From Lama glama (taxonomy: Eukaryota): DNA of 64,000 bases. Below the pieces are notes generated by a model. The model saw only the letters and a program-made list of their open reading frames with translations. It searched no databases and was not told the DNA's origin. Location: contig CM052817.1 of NCBI GenBank assembly GCA_028534125.1, forward strand, positions 7,628,001 to 7,692,000. The letters are read 5' to 3'. A program made the translations under genes and the position numbers. Shown one piece after another: positions 39,911-53,131 of the stretch (within the stretch, counting starts at the first letter, position 1; every line of letters starts with the position of its first letter).

Positions 39911-40146
39911 ATGGAACTGCAGAGTTTGGCTGGCACCATACCTGGTGGTCTGCTCCCCCGCGGTGAAACGGGAGAAAGAGAATATAGCATAACAGAGTGA
40001 TGTGACACTGTGGTCCTGAAGATCGGAGCCTCTGGTTTCTGATACTTGGCCTTAAGGCTTAATTTTTCTCTACTGCCTCCTCTGTAACCTCTGTGACCTA
40101 CTTAAAACAGATTTTATTTTCTCATCTATGGAATGACAACATTAAT

Positions 40147-40577
40147 TATAGTGGGCTCCCCAAATACGTAACTACCTGGAATGTACTCTTATTTGGAATT
40201 AAGAACCTTCAGTTGTAATTAAATTAAGGGTTTCTGGATGGAATCATCCTGGATTAGTATGGCCCTAAATCCACTGGTGACCATCTCTTAAGACACAGAA
40301 AAAGAGAAGGGACAGAGACACACAGAAGGAAAGGCCATGTGAAGACAGAGGCAGGAGTTGGAGTTCAGCCACCAGCCAAGTAATGCCAAGGGTAGCTGGC
40401 AGCCACCCAAAGCTAGGAGAGAGGCATGGAACAGATTCTCCCTTTGAGACTCCAGAAGGAAGCAGCCTGATTGACACCCTGATTTTGGACTTTCTAACCC
40501 CCACAACTGTGAAAGAATGCCTTTCTGTTGTTTTAAGCCACCCGGGCTGCGATCATTTGTATTAGGAAACTGATACA
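40147..40577 (+). mobile_element. MaLR LTR (MLT1C-like) inserted into a MIR (39985-40670)
   Basis: tcatcctggattagtatggccctaaatcc..ggccatgtgaagacagaggcagga..aggaaactgataca; the MIR continues on both sides. Confidence 0.92.
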
Positions 40578-42351
40578 ATGACCACTTGACATTGTTGTGA
40601 GGATTAAGTTAGTTGACATAAGTATATAAGACAGAGGCTGGAGCACAGTAGAAACTTCTAAAGTGTTTGCTTTCATTGTAGCCATTAGAATTGTCTCAGC
40701 ACAAATGCACCCAGAGGCTGCTGAACATTATTTATTGCTGACAGTGCAAATCTGTTGTACAACCAGAGTGAAAGTTTCACTTTGGGAGACCACACATAAT
40801 TCCAGTGAGCAGGATGGCACACACAGACTAGGACTTTGTAGGGGTACTTTCAATTTTATTCAGCCTCACAGTAGATCACACATAAGGCTTTGTTCTTAGC
40901 AGCTGCTCACTACATTTGGAGTCATTCAAATGGAATTCTAAATGTCTGTTTGCTTAAACGCAACTCTCTGAGTACAGATGCAAGGTTCTTGAGGGTCTGG
41001 GATGTCTCTGTGGATGCTATTTGAAATAGAGTAAGTTTAAGTGTCACGCCCTACCCTTTCCAAGGATGAAAGTCTGCATTTAGCCCAAAGGCAGTGCACG
41101 CAAAAATACGTGTTAATGAGCCAACATTTCCATGATTCCATAGTCCACGATTGTCATGACTGGTTCTTCTAGATATGAAAGGGTGAAGCAGGAGAAAAAA
41201 ATTTTTTAAGTTCAGGGGAAGAAAAGGTTTCCCTAGGACACCATTCCTGCTCTTTTTATTTTATGCACCGAACAGCGGTGTGGACTTACCCACTTTCCAA
41301 AGTGCTAGAGATTATTTAGGTAAACTCAGTTATTGGCAGTAATAAAGGTCTCAATTCAAAACCCTCTTTCGGGTAAAGTGATTCAGAGTGAGAAGTGTTA
41401 TGTTTGATTTTTTCTCGCTGTGAAATCCAGATTTCGCACAGCTGTAACGTTCCCTCTTCAGGAAGGCTGGCTGGGCCAACATTTAAGTCTAGTTCAGCCA
41501 TGCCTAATGCTATATCCTGTCATAATGCCCTCTCTCATTTCTTCCTTTGCCCACCTTTCTTCCCTTACACTTTGCCTTTTAAGATGAATTGAAGGGTCAT
41601 TCTTACCCTAGGATTTAGAGTCTTTTAATTCTGTTTTTGGATGTGACCAGAGGCACTAGAGCGTTTTAATTTTATTTTAATTTGTGTTTACCAAACCTGT
41701 ATCATGTACTCCGTCGGGCAGTGGGCTCCTCTGGGCTCTTTCCAGAAAATTAAAAACATAAATTAAGTAGAAATGGCCAAAGCCACAGAACAAGCAAGCC
41801 TTCTTAGTGTCCACAGAGAGGAGTTCTATTACCTCCACTCGCTTTAGAGAAGAGTTGAAGTTACCTGCAATTCTTGTTCTCTTGAAGATGTGTATTTTAT
41901 AATAGGTCCCCATTCACCACCCTGCATTCCCTGAGGAGTTCTTAGCTGCTTGATGTTTTTGGCTGCAGAAGAACTGGCAGTCAGGGGTTAGCACATTCTT
42001 ACGACCCCTGGGGTAGATACATTGCAGTTCTTGCAAGAGTTTGTACTCTTTTTAACTGTTTCTGGATTTTAATTTTGCCCGAAGCTGTAAGTTAAAATAA
42101 GTCCTTTCTGATGAGGATAACTCCGCACTTGGGGGAAAATGCTTCCCAAAAGATCTCATGTCTTTATTAACGGAAATCTGCACCCGTTTTAAAATAATTA
42201 CAATAAGACATGTAGAAGAAATGCGACCTTTTTTTTAAGACCCCAGGCCTCCTCAAGTTTTTTCTCTATTACCTTGAACTTGAACCATACAATCTAATAC
42301 ACATAAGGAAACTTCTCAGCCTCTCTCCCTTCCCAAGACTAAAAGCTTATT

Positions 42352-42540
42352 AAAGCAGGAGGGCTAACACATCTCAGCCCACGCGGCATCTCCTACTGAT
42401 GGATAGTGGCTGCCCGTTGGGAGGAGTCGAGGCCAGGTGCAGACTCAGCAGGAAGGAGCGTGGTGATTGATTAATGATGTCTGCCTAGGTGAAGGATGAG
42501 GAAGCGGCCGCACATGTGCCCTGTACTTGCCATTTCTGGT
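42352..42540. mobile_element. Charlie4z-like hAT element
   Basis: gtgattgattaatgatgtctgcc..gcggccgcacatgtgccctgtacttgccatttctg. Confidence 0.7.
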
Positions 42541-43286
42541 AAGGACTGTATCTTATTCATCTTTGTATCCCTGTGCCTAGCATGGTGCCTGGCACAGAGG
42601 TGTGTTCCATAAATATTTGTTGTACTGAATTGAACTAAACTTTCCACCCGACTGTCTCTTTCTCTGAGTCAGAAGGAATGGTGGTGGTAAGGACATTATC
42701 TATGGTGGGAAGCAATGGTGGTCAGACCTCCCTCCAAGGGTCGAGTTCTTATGGAGCCAGTAGGTACAAGCACCATGTTCGAGTACTGTGTCATGGACTC
42801 AATGTCCCTCTAGTATATGAGGCTTTCGTGACCATCAGATCTTTGCTGTTGCCCTTTTACCTCCCCAAGAAATTAATTATGGTCTCCAGGTGCCTAGGTG
42901 ACAGGTGCTATCCTGCTGGGACACATCTCTCAGGATGCCAACATGGTTCTGCCGTGTCCCATTAACCACTGACAACCAGGAATCTTGCTTGTGTGATCTC
43001 TCCATTGAGTGAGACCCTTACACTCACTACCCAGCCTCTGAACTTGGGACAGCCTTGGGACCCTGTGCTTAAAACTAACTGCATGGTTGCACTGCAGAAG
43101 CATCTGATTTCTGAGCCCATTCAACAACACTTTGTTCACCTCCTCCCAATCCCAGCCCCTCTTCATCATTGTTTTTCTCTTATTATTTTATGTATCCAAT
43201 ATCCCTATGGCAACTCAATCTCCCTCACACTGTACATAGCAGGGAAGTAAACTGCATACTTGGAGTTGAGAAATTCTGGCTTAAGT

Positions 43287-44240
43287 CTTTTTTTTTCTTT
43301 CTTTTACAATTTTATTGAAAAATAATGGACATATATCATTGTATATGGTTAAGGATTCAGTGTGATGTTTCATTATATATGTCATGAAATGGTGACCACA
43401 ATATGTTGTCACCATTCATCATCTCATATAGATACAATACAGAGAAAAGAAAAAAATATGTATTCTTGTGATGAGAAATCTTAGGATTGACTCTCTTAAC
43501 AATGTTCCTGAGACAGGAAGGGAGCAAGGGACAGCCATTCAAGGAATAACACAACAATTACCACCAGCAGGGCGAAAGATTCAACCCCCAGGAGGCCTTG
43601 AGGCTCAAGATGATGGGAGATTTGACTTCCTTGAGCTTCACCGTACGCCCACTGTAACAGTAACATGGTGAATAACATGCCCACAGGCACCATGACAGTC
43701 CCAAGGCTAGCCACAAAAGGTCAAAGAGTGGGAAATGGCCAGTTTCCTGGGAATCCCAGCCCCTTCCCCAGGCTGGTTAGACTGGTCCTTCCACTTATTA
43801 GCATATAAAGCCACTGAGCCCATAAAAACTGGCAACACTGCCCCTCATGGGCTCTCTCTCTTTCCTTCTTCGGAGATGGCCCGCACTCTGTCTCTGGAGT
43901 GTGTACCTACTTTTACTCTAATCCGAGCACCCAGTCCCCGCACCTTGCGACCTTTCTCTTGCCTTCTGGTGTATCTCTAAATGAATTTACCTCTACTCAA
44001 CTGTGGCTCACTCTTGAATCCTTTCCTGCACACAGCCAAGGACCCACACTTGGCGGGGCACGTCCCAAGGGCTCAGTTGAAGCCTGGAACATGGCCCTCC
44101 TCACGCCCCACATCTCTTTCCTGCACCATTTCTGTCTACCACACAGCAGTGTCAACTCTAGTCGTCATGTTGCACATTGCCTTCCTGGTGCCTTGCCTTG
44201 TAAGTAGAAGTCGGTACCTTTCTACTTGCCCCCGAGTCTC
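43287..44240 (-). mobile_element. L1MA9-like 3' end interrupted by an LTR
   Basis: Poly-T, then ttcttgtgatgagaaatcttaggattgactctcttaacaat [LTR] acacagcagtgtcaactctagtcgtcatgttgcacatt. Confidence 0.85.
43509..44128 (+). mobile_element. ERV1 solo LTR, MER41-like, complete
   Basis: TG..CA termini, imperfect 4-bp TSD ttcc/tttc, TATA-like tataaa at ~43805, and a U5-like cttgaatcctttcctgcacacagccaaggaccc. Confidence 0.85.
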
Positions 44241-45039
44241 CCTTCCCTGTCTTCCTGCTGCCTTGAGTCTTATCCCTGTTATTCAGTATCTGAGTGACCC
44301 AAGCTACTGACCTCCTCTGTGGCTTGTTTTCCTTTTCTTTTTAGTTAAAAAAATAAAGGCAGATAACTGTAGCATCTCCCTCAAAGAGCTGCTGGGAGGA
44401 TTAGTAACAATGTATGTATTGTATTCAGTACCTAGTAGAAATTCAACAAATAATAGCAGTTATTATTATCTCATCCCAAGATCTACACTGCATTAGGATT
44501 AAGGGAGTGAGTCATGTACCCTCAAAGCGAATACGAAAGAACAGAGGGTCAGATTTCTGGGCTATCATAACAAAAATGCCAGGAACCCTTTGAGATCATA
44601 TTTATGAAAGAGCAGCGACTCATCAGAAGACAGTCTTAGTCACCAGCAGAAAATCAGTTGTGGATGATTTACTAAAAGAGAAATCAGAGTCATTAAAAGG
44701 ATGTTTCGAGAGTATTGCACAGTCTTAGTTTGTATCACCTTTTCTTTCCATTATCACAGGGCTCCTATTTTACAGGTGAGGCTTCTGAAGCTGAAGGGTG
44801 TGGATCAGCTGGCCTGCGATCAGATTCCCCCGAGGTTATGGACCTCGATCCCGTTCCCAGTCTACTCCCCAGCCCTCAGTCCACCTCACCAGGTTGTCCC
44901 CTTCCAGAGATGTCTGCAGGGAAGGTCCTCAACAGCGTCCCCACCAAGTTGGTTGAGGAAAGCTCAGAAAGACAGAGCTTGTCCCTCTCACTGAGGACTT
45001 CCTCCTTCTGCCCTGAACGTCAGAGTTCTGAGTACAGGC

Positions 45040-45500
45040 CTCTACGGACGTCCCCGCCACCGGCTCATCCCTTTCCACACGAAGCTCCTGGCCTCGGGCG
45101 CTCCTGAGAGGGCCCTGACAATTGACGCAGCGCGGTGTCATCGCGTCCTCAGGCCGCAGCCAGGCTCAGAGTGTCTGCCTCTGCAAAAACGCACCTGAAC
45201 AAGCACCAGGAGAAGGAGAACGCGCCCGCCCGCGCTGGTGCGAAGTGTTCGCTGGGAGAAAAACAACAGCCGCGCCTGCCGTGAGGACGCGGGCTTCAGC
45301 CGCACCTGTTACAGCAACACGGGCCTTTTTCAAAGGCACCAGGAGCCCAGCGCTTGGGTTTTTCAGCAGCTCCTCAGAAGCGTGTTTGAAGAGAGACGGC
45401 TTCTGAGAGGCAGCATCTGGAATCAAGTCACCAGCCTTCCCATGAAGGAGAGATGACTCCCCAGCTCTTTTCTGCAGGCTGATTACCCCGCCCTCTCTCC
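45040..45500. promoter_or_regulatory. Small orphan CpG island, candidate promoter/enhancer
   Basis: About 30 CpGs by eye in 45040-45410, GC-rich, no recognised repeat; GC box ccccgccc at ~45486. Confidence 0.55.
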
Positions 45501-47984
45501 ACAAGTCGCCACACAGAGTACACTCTTTGCCTCTCCTCTCGTGATCACAGGACAGAGCTGTGTCGGCTGTCATGTGACCAAAACCCACTCAAAACAGCTT
45601 CCCTTCATGGGGGTTGGGAGATCATTGGGATTATTGGACAAATAACAGCAATGTCTTATGGAAAATCGGTGTAGAGAAGGTAACTGGGCCTCATAAGCTG
45701 TTGAGGTCAATGAAAGGGAAGCATTCAGGATCGAGACCCCTAATCTCCCCATCTCCGTCATTCTGCCACCACACAGTTTGTTGTCGTCACCATGTTACTT
45801 TTGTGTTTTTTAAATCTCTGCTTCTTGAGCTATTCATCTCTCTTTGTGTATGGCTTCCATGCACCTGGGAAGTACGTAACTGTGTAGTCTTGAAGCAGAC
45901 ACCTTAGTCTACATGTCCCACCAGTTAAGATAATCCATAGAGTTTGGCTGGAGCCATTGTGACCCACACAGCATTTCTGGTGAAAGAAATTGATGGACCC
46001 AATATTATTTCCCTCGAATCAAGTGTCCTCATCCATAGAGAAAAGCAGTCAAAAAACCTAAACGTGGGCACAGGAATCACCACCCTGAGTGAGAGGTGGG
46101 CTGTTGTCAGAGCAGAGTCATAGGCTGGTCGACATCCCAAAGACGTTCATGTAGAGCATCATATAACTTCAGAGCAGAAAGGAACTTTGGGAACATGTCA
46201 GCCACCAATAATGTCTCAAAACATCTCAGTGAACTTGAAGAATGAGTCTCACTTCCCCATAGGATGGGAAAAATAAGCCTTGAAGTGGTTAACGTGTCAA
46301 GGTTACACTTTGTGGAGAGAATCAGCTGCGTGGATTGGATTTACCAGGGCCCAAGCTCTAGCCCTCACTCTGCAGGCCTAGAATCCTGATTTGCCAATAC
46401 ACAGAGAGTAGATCCATCTCTTCAGGGAGGCACATGCTTGGGAGGTCGCAGGGATTTATGAAACACAGGATGCCTATCGATGCATCTACAAGGAGATGTT
46501 CTACCGTAACTCGTACCAGAATTCCCAAGCAACCTGGATGTCCAAGAAGATGTCCATGGGAAAACAGACTGTCAAGTACGTGCATATATAATAGGGGTAT
46601 TTCTTATATAATTCAAATATCTCCGCACTTGCCTGACAGTAGTTCTCTGATGTAAACACCTGTATAATTAGGATGGACCTGCTCCTGCTTAGGTCCTGGT
46701 AGGTTGTGTCTTGGGGCCTGAGTATCTGCTGTTCAGCGCACCTCCTGGGAAAGCATCCTTGATCTTGTCTCTATGACTCTCCTTTTCCTTAGCGTCTGCA
46801 CACAAGCCCTTTTCTGATTGGCATATCTTTTTTTTTTTTTGAATAGGTTAATCCCTTTAATCACTGCTTGCACCCGGCTGGAATCTAATATAGCTTTTCA
46901 AAACAATTTTTCATATCTCTCTTCTGACCCATTTGTCTACTCATTTTATATCTTAACTCTCAGAGGGAAGTCCGGATCTTGGGGTATGCTTCATTCTTGC
47001 CCCTGGTAACTAGCACCAGTGCCCAGATCTACATATTTAAAATGCAACTGAAAATTAAAGCCATTACAGAAGCTTTCCAAATGGGCAAATATTTGCCTCA
47101 ATTATTCTATTTACAATTCCAAAAATATTTCTTCTGTTGAAGTCTGTGTACAAGAAGTGGCTCCAAAACCATTTTTAAGGGAGTTTTGACATCAATGAAA
47201 CGTTATGCTGGCAGGGTAAGTGAAGTGCTTGATTAATAAAGAGTCTCAGTGTTTTCAAACACATATTCCAAGCAGCCTCATTTGAAGAAAACCACAAACG
47301 GAGAATGCTTTGCTGCTCACAGTCACAAGGGGGTTGTGTATTTCATTCCCGCTTACACAGTCCGCTTACTTTGGAGCTTGGGTAGGAAAGAAACATGGCC
47401 AGCAGAAATAAGGCTACATTCAGTGACCCTACCCTTCCACCCATTGGCCTGATGGGAGAACTTTTTTACCCCTCTTTGCTACTGTTTTCTTAGTTTTTAA
47501 CCTTTTAATACTTAATAATTCTCTAAAAGACCATCTTGAGAGAAGAGAGGGGGCTAGCTCAGGACCTCGTGGTACTAGTGATTGGGGAGTCTGCGATTCC
47601 AAATTTCAGAATTTCCAGGCAGTGGTGTTGGCATGCTACACAGAAACGTAATTGAGCATGTTCATGTTAATTACTTTGAAGTGCTTTCCTCTTTTCCAGT
47701 GCTTTACAAAAATACAGCAACTTAAATTGGGTCATTATTTCATGCATCTAAGATTCTACTCAGTTACTTAAGGCAGCCATGGAAATGTAGTCCAAAGGAT
47801 TAATTAAAAATGGGCTCCTCTACTTCCTAATATATGAGAAAAAAAAAACCCTAAGTAAAAAATAAAAAGCTTAAGTGAAAGTATGTATCAGCAATGTAAT
47901 TATCAAATGAGGGATACCAATATCATCTTTATTTATCCCCATTTCTCCTCCAAAAATATTCAGCTAATATATTTTGGGTTCCAG

Positions 47985-48170
47985 CAATGTGCCAGGTGTG
48001 TCTAGTTTTATTGACCAGTGCTCTTCATTTAATTCTTTCAGCAATCCCCACCAAATATAGAATCATCATGCCGATGAGGCACAGAGAGGTTAAGTCACTT
48101 ATCTGAAGTCACATATCTAGTTAATGGAGAGCAGATATATGGACACAGATCTAAGGACACAGATCTAAAT
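47985..48170 (-). mobile_element. MIR SINE with a 14-bp internal tandem duplication
   Basis: gaggcacagagaggttaagtcacttatctgaagtcaca; (ggacacagatctaa)x2 at 48141-48168. Confidence 0.85.
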
Positions 48171-48714
48171 CCTCTCACCAATGCCCCTACCATTCACCAT
48201 CTTTCCAGAAGCAAGATATAATTTGGAGATTAAAAAAACCCACAAATCTGGGTACTGTACTTATTATTCTTGCCTACATTTTGATTTATTCCTATTAAAA
48301 CCTTTACAAGAATAATTAGGACTCTTATAGAGCAAATATAAGTGTATATGTATTTGTATTTAGCTCTTGTTTTTATATTCTCCGCTATTAGAGGGTGATG
48401 AAGTGGACAGAGAAAGGTAAAACACATTTTATTCATTAATTTGTTTACCTACACAGGTCGCCTACTATCTCCCAGACAACATTAGATGGTGTTAGGAATC
48501 CGGCGACTGATAAGACAGCCTAGTTAAAGACTCACCAGCAAGAGCGACGAGCTTGTTCAGTTAACTTGCCCATGGCATTACCCCAGTTCAGGATTTTATC
48601 ACCTTATGTTGCGCTATGACAGTAAAACCTGCTGTTTCATTCTCTCCCAGTCTCATTAATAAGATTGTTCAGGTTGCTTTTATTCACAGGATATACCATT
48701 TGCTTATGATTAGA

Positions 48715-49316
48715 TATAATTATCTATTGTCTGTAAGAAAAGCATCTTTAAACTTCATGGCTTAAAACAGCCATTTAATTTGCATATAATTCTGAGTCAG
48801 GAATTCAAGCAGAACTCAGCAAGAAGGCTCATCTCTGCTCTGTCGCGACTGGGGCTTTAGCTGGGATGGCTCCAAAGGATTAGGACTCCCTGGGAAATCT
48901 GGGTCTCTCTCTTTTTAAGGTGTCACCTCAAGTGACTTGACTGGGGCTGGAAGGTCCCTGACAGCTGCCCTTCTGTCTGTAGTTTTGGTGCTGGGTGTTG
49001 GCAGAAATGCCTTGGTTCTTCTCCTCCTGGTCTTTCTTTCTCTCATGACTTCTTTCTCTAGCAGGACAGCCTGGACCACTTTACAAAGCATGTGATTCTC
49101 CCTCCAAGCAAAGCTGAAAAATGTAAGTCCTCTTAAGACCTATGCTTAGAAGTCCCAGAACTTCATTTCTACCACAATATATTGATCGGAACAAATCATA
49201 AGAGTAGGTAGATTCAAGTGTTGGGGAAGTAAACTGTTTTTTCATGGGAGGAACAGCATGCATATACAAGAATGGGAGGAATGACTGGTGGCCATCTTTT
49301 TAGCCAACCTATTACA
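48715..49316 (-). mobile_element. MaLR LTR (MLT1G/H-like)
   Basis: tggcttaaaacagccattt..gtcaggaattcaagcagaactcagc..ggccatctttttagccaacctattaca. Confidence 0.85.
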
Positions 49317-49569
49317 TGACATACTTGCCTATTCAAGTATCTTTGGTGGTTCTTTATGGCTTAAATAATTACACCTACCACCTTTGCCAGGCATTCAAGA
49401 AATTCTGTGATAGGGCTTAACTTCCTAGTCTTAAATTACTCGTGATTTACTCTGTTCTAGTCAAATTCTCAACTAATCAAATCACAGAATTTCCCTACTG
49501 CTTTTATCTATTCCATTCATTCTCTCATCCCATTTATATGTGAATCTATCTTCCTATCTTTCTACATAT

Positions 49570-50040
49570 CTGTTTGGGGGGTCTGCTCATCTCAACCCTC
49601 CTACACTTTTCATTCCCCACTTCAATGTTGGACATGTGAACCAGGCTTGGCCAATTAGAGTAGACCTATCTGCCTGGCCACAGCATTGATTCAAGAGTAA
49701 CTAAACAACTAAATGACTAAAGCAGAGCCAATCAAAATCTCCCCTGAGAATTTTGTGCAACAATCTGGAAAAGGTAAAGTTACAACCTTTAAGATTACAC
49801 AGACAAGAACTAAGAAGGCCTGGAACTTACATAGTTATCTTTAATACCCCATGGAGATAGCCTCCCTTAGAAGGGAGTCAACACAATGGAAAGCAGAAAC
49901 AAGAGATGAAGAAAGAGGAAAAGAATTCTTCCTTGGATAGTCTCAACCCTTGAATAGCTTTGAGTCACATGAGCCAATCCATCTTCTTTGATTAATTTGG
50001 TTTCTGTTTTTTAAAATCAAAAGAATCATGACTAATACAC
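49570..50040 (+). mobile_element. Old MaLR LTR (MLT1K/L-like)
   Basis: ccaggcttggccaattagag..cctggccacagcattgattcaag..cacatgagccaat..aaagaatcatgactaataca. Confidence 0.7.
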
Positions 50041-50499
50041 CATTTCTTCGTGTCCATCTTGCTATGTCACAGAACCACAGGACACCAAAATATTTCTGCA
50101 GAACCTTCTCAGCACCCAGGATCTTGGTTCTTGACCACCTGTCATTCTGCCCATCACATCCAGGGTCACATCTGTTTTCCCGGCTTCTGACTTCCTTGAT
50201 TTCATTTAATTCTGGTATCCAGGTCCCCATTTCCTGACTCTACTCTTAGTGTTTCTTCTTGACTATCTATAATTTTGATTCTTTGCAAGCTCTTCTAATT
50301 CCAAACAGCCAACCAGGTCTAGTGCATCAGTCCCAAATACTGGAACCTCCTAACTTAACCCAATCAGCCTCCTCTACCTGCTTTTTATTCTTGATTTTCC
50401 CAATCTCAACCAAACTACAAGTTTGACACCTCCCTCCAAATTCTATACATTTTTAATTATCTTCTCAAATGTTCTTCTTATTTTATATCTCAATAACTC

Positions 50500-51130
50500 T
50501 GTAACTAAAAGTTTTTGTACACCTTGATACAACACATACTTTCTCTCAGACAAATATAAATTATCAAAACTTACACAAGAAGACTGAGAAAGCCTAAAGT
50601 GCCCAGTAGCCATGAAATAAGAGAAAGAAGCATAAAACAGATTACTTCCTGAAAGGCTCTGATTTCATACAGTTTTATGTCTCTATGTTCTCAAGTTAAA
50701 GTTACACATAATTTATACAATATTTAATCTGGTTTAGAAACTGCAAAGAGGAGCACTGTGAACTTGATTACACTAAACCAGAATAAACATGATATGAAAA
50801 CATAACAATGTGAGCCTGTAATTAAAGAGAAAAATAATGCAAGCATAGACACTGTCACTTACTAGTGTGATGCTAAAACCTTTACAAAAGTCCAACAAAT
50901 TTAGCCCACAGTGTAATAAAAGAATAATACAACACTGTCAGGTATGTATTTGGAAATTTGTCATGACCATTCCAGAGAACAACTTTTAGCAAACTAGGAA
51001 TAAAAAGATGCTTCCTTAACATAATTTATGCCAACCAGCAGAGGTACTTCTCTTGAAATTAAAAGAGACAAGCCACAATGCTGCCATTTTTATGTGCACT
51101 TGCTTTTAATGACCTACACAATGAGACCTT
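50500..51130 (+). mobile_element. Ancient L1M ORF2 fragment
   Basis: aaatataaattatcaaaacttacacaagaag..tttagcaaactaggaataaaaagatgcttccttaac. Confidence 0.7.
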
Positions 51131-51189
51131 CAGTGGTTTTCACACCTTTCAACTCTGAAGTCTGAGCCTTCTATATGACTTTTATCCCT

Positions 51190-51672
51190 TGGAGCTGTAC
51201 ATCCTTGGTTTTCAGCTAGTCAGCATCTACCCTTCCTTCTACCAGCAACACTTCAAGTCTTTTTTGGGGAACTATCTCTCATCTATCACATGTGATCTTG
51301 ATAGGTCTATCAGTCAAGCTGTCCTGCCCTCTTCCTGGTCAGGGAACAGACATGCAACCCAACGACTTCCCTTCTCTCTTTCCCTTTCTCTTTCCTTTTC
51401 CTCCCTCAATTCTGCAGAATTTAGATCTCTAATGGGATGATCAAGTGTCCTCGATGGTTCAAACTGATTCACCTTGAAGGGTGTGGTCTCGGTAGACCGT
51501 GCTTTATTTCCTAGAGTTTTCTCATTCCAGTACTTTCTAAAGCCTCCTCTTACTGTGTCCTTCCAATCTATGAGTCATCTTCAAATCCTTTAAATACATA
51601 TCTTTTAAAAAGACGTTTTGCTAAAGTGAGCCAGCTTATGTCTTGTTACTTGCAAAGAGCCTTAGCTGGTGT
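51190..51672. mobile_element. Old MaLR LTR remnant (MLT1J/K-like)
   Basis: ttttgctaaagtgagccagcttatgtcttgttacttgcaaagagccttagctggt resembles an MLT1 3' end. Confidence 0.5.
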
Positions 51673-52839
51673 ATCTGTACTTCCAGTTAACCAAGCTCTG
51701 ATTCCTGCTCCTTTCTTTAACCCACATAATTCATCATACCCTGTGGGTTTTACTTATATCACAGGCTTGGTCTTCATTTGCTTACCACTCTCCTTCCTGC
51801 TCCTGCTTTATGTCAAGTCATCATTACCTCCTTCATGGCCTCCTAAGCTGGATCTTTGCCTGCAGTCTCTTTCTGCTTAATCCATTTCACCAACAGCTAT
51901 CAGATTATTATTTTGCTAAGAATATCCTTGATGATGTCACTATTCTGTCCCAAATCCTTAAATGACTCCACATTTCAAACACAACGAAGTCCAAAATCCA
52001 AAAGACAACCTGACAATTCCAAGCTTACACATCGAATCTCAACTCACCCTTCTTTCCTTCCTGACATTTTACTCAAGTCAAATGAAGTCATTTGCTGTTC
52101 TCTTCGAGATACTAGGCATTCTTGCCTTTCAATCTAGCCAGTCTTTTCCGTTGCCCATGTTTTACAATCACCACGGAGCCAAATCTCACTTACATTTAAT
52201 ATGAGGCCAACCATAATCATCACTTCCTTCTGAAAGCTCCTCAGAGAACTGAGAATCCCATCTGGTGCTCTACACACCCCAGCATTTCACTTCCAGCTAT
52301 CTTGGCTCTTGGCACACTTGGCACTTTCTACCTGTGTTTTATTTAACTATGAACATGTTTTACCTTTCCTTCTAGACATAAGCAAGCCATGTGTCCTGTT
52401 TTTTTGGGACAACTAGGATTGGAAAAGTGGATGATTAAGCAGGAATGGAAGGCTAGAGCCAGACCAAGATACTCTCTAAACTCAGCCCATTAAACTTGGG
52501 AAGATAGATAGGGTGTGGTCACTGAGAATATTTCTGAGAGGGCCCCTGTATGGATGAAGACTTCTTTGAGCTTCTGACTTCATCTGTGCATTGTGTGGTC
52601 ACAGCCCAGTGACCAGTGTGGTCAGCTGAACGCACGCCCATGGCCACACATGTGGAATGAGCTGCCAAAGATGAATGATAGCAGCGCCACTGTTGAAAGA
52701 GGCTAAACACAAAATGCTCATCATTCTTGAGACCTACACCTCTAAGCCCTCTTTGTCTCCCTAGTGGATGACATATCTCAAGCCTCCAAAAGGCCTTTAT
52801 ACCAAGGATCATGGAGGAGAGTAAATTAGGCACAAGGAG

Positions 52840-53040
52840 AACTCAGGCTTTAGAATCGGACAAATACCCCTGTCCCTCCTGGCCCTGTATGTATTAGTTA
52901 TATGAATTGCCAGTCCTTTTCTTTAGCTGTGGAATGAGAATAGAAGTACTAACCAAGATTTGCCATTCTGGGGATCAAACGAGATCACGCATGTCTGATG
53001 TCTGCCGTCGTGCTTAGCAATTCTATGTGCTTTATGTCAG
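52840..53040 (+). mobile_element. MIR SINE
   Basis: caggctttagaatcggacaaat..gggatcaaacgagatcacgcatgt. Confidence 0.6.
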
Positions 53041-53131
53041 TCGTTGTCCTACTACTGTATATGTATTTGTCTCAAATTTTTGAAAAAAATTATAGAGAGA
53101 ACACTGGAAAAGTTGTATTAGAGATGAGTAC

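Noticed and set aside
44701..45588. Cluster of ORFs at the CpG island
   Set aside because: Expected in GC-rich DNA; no recognisable protein.
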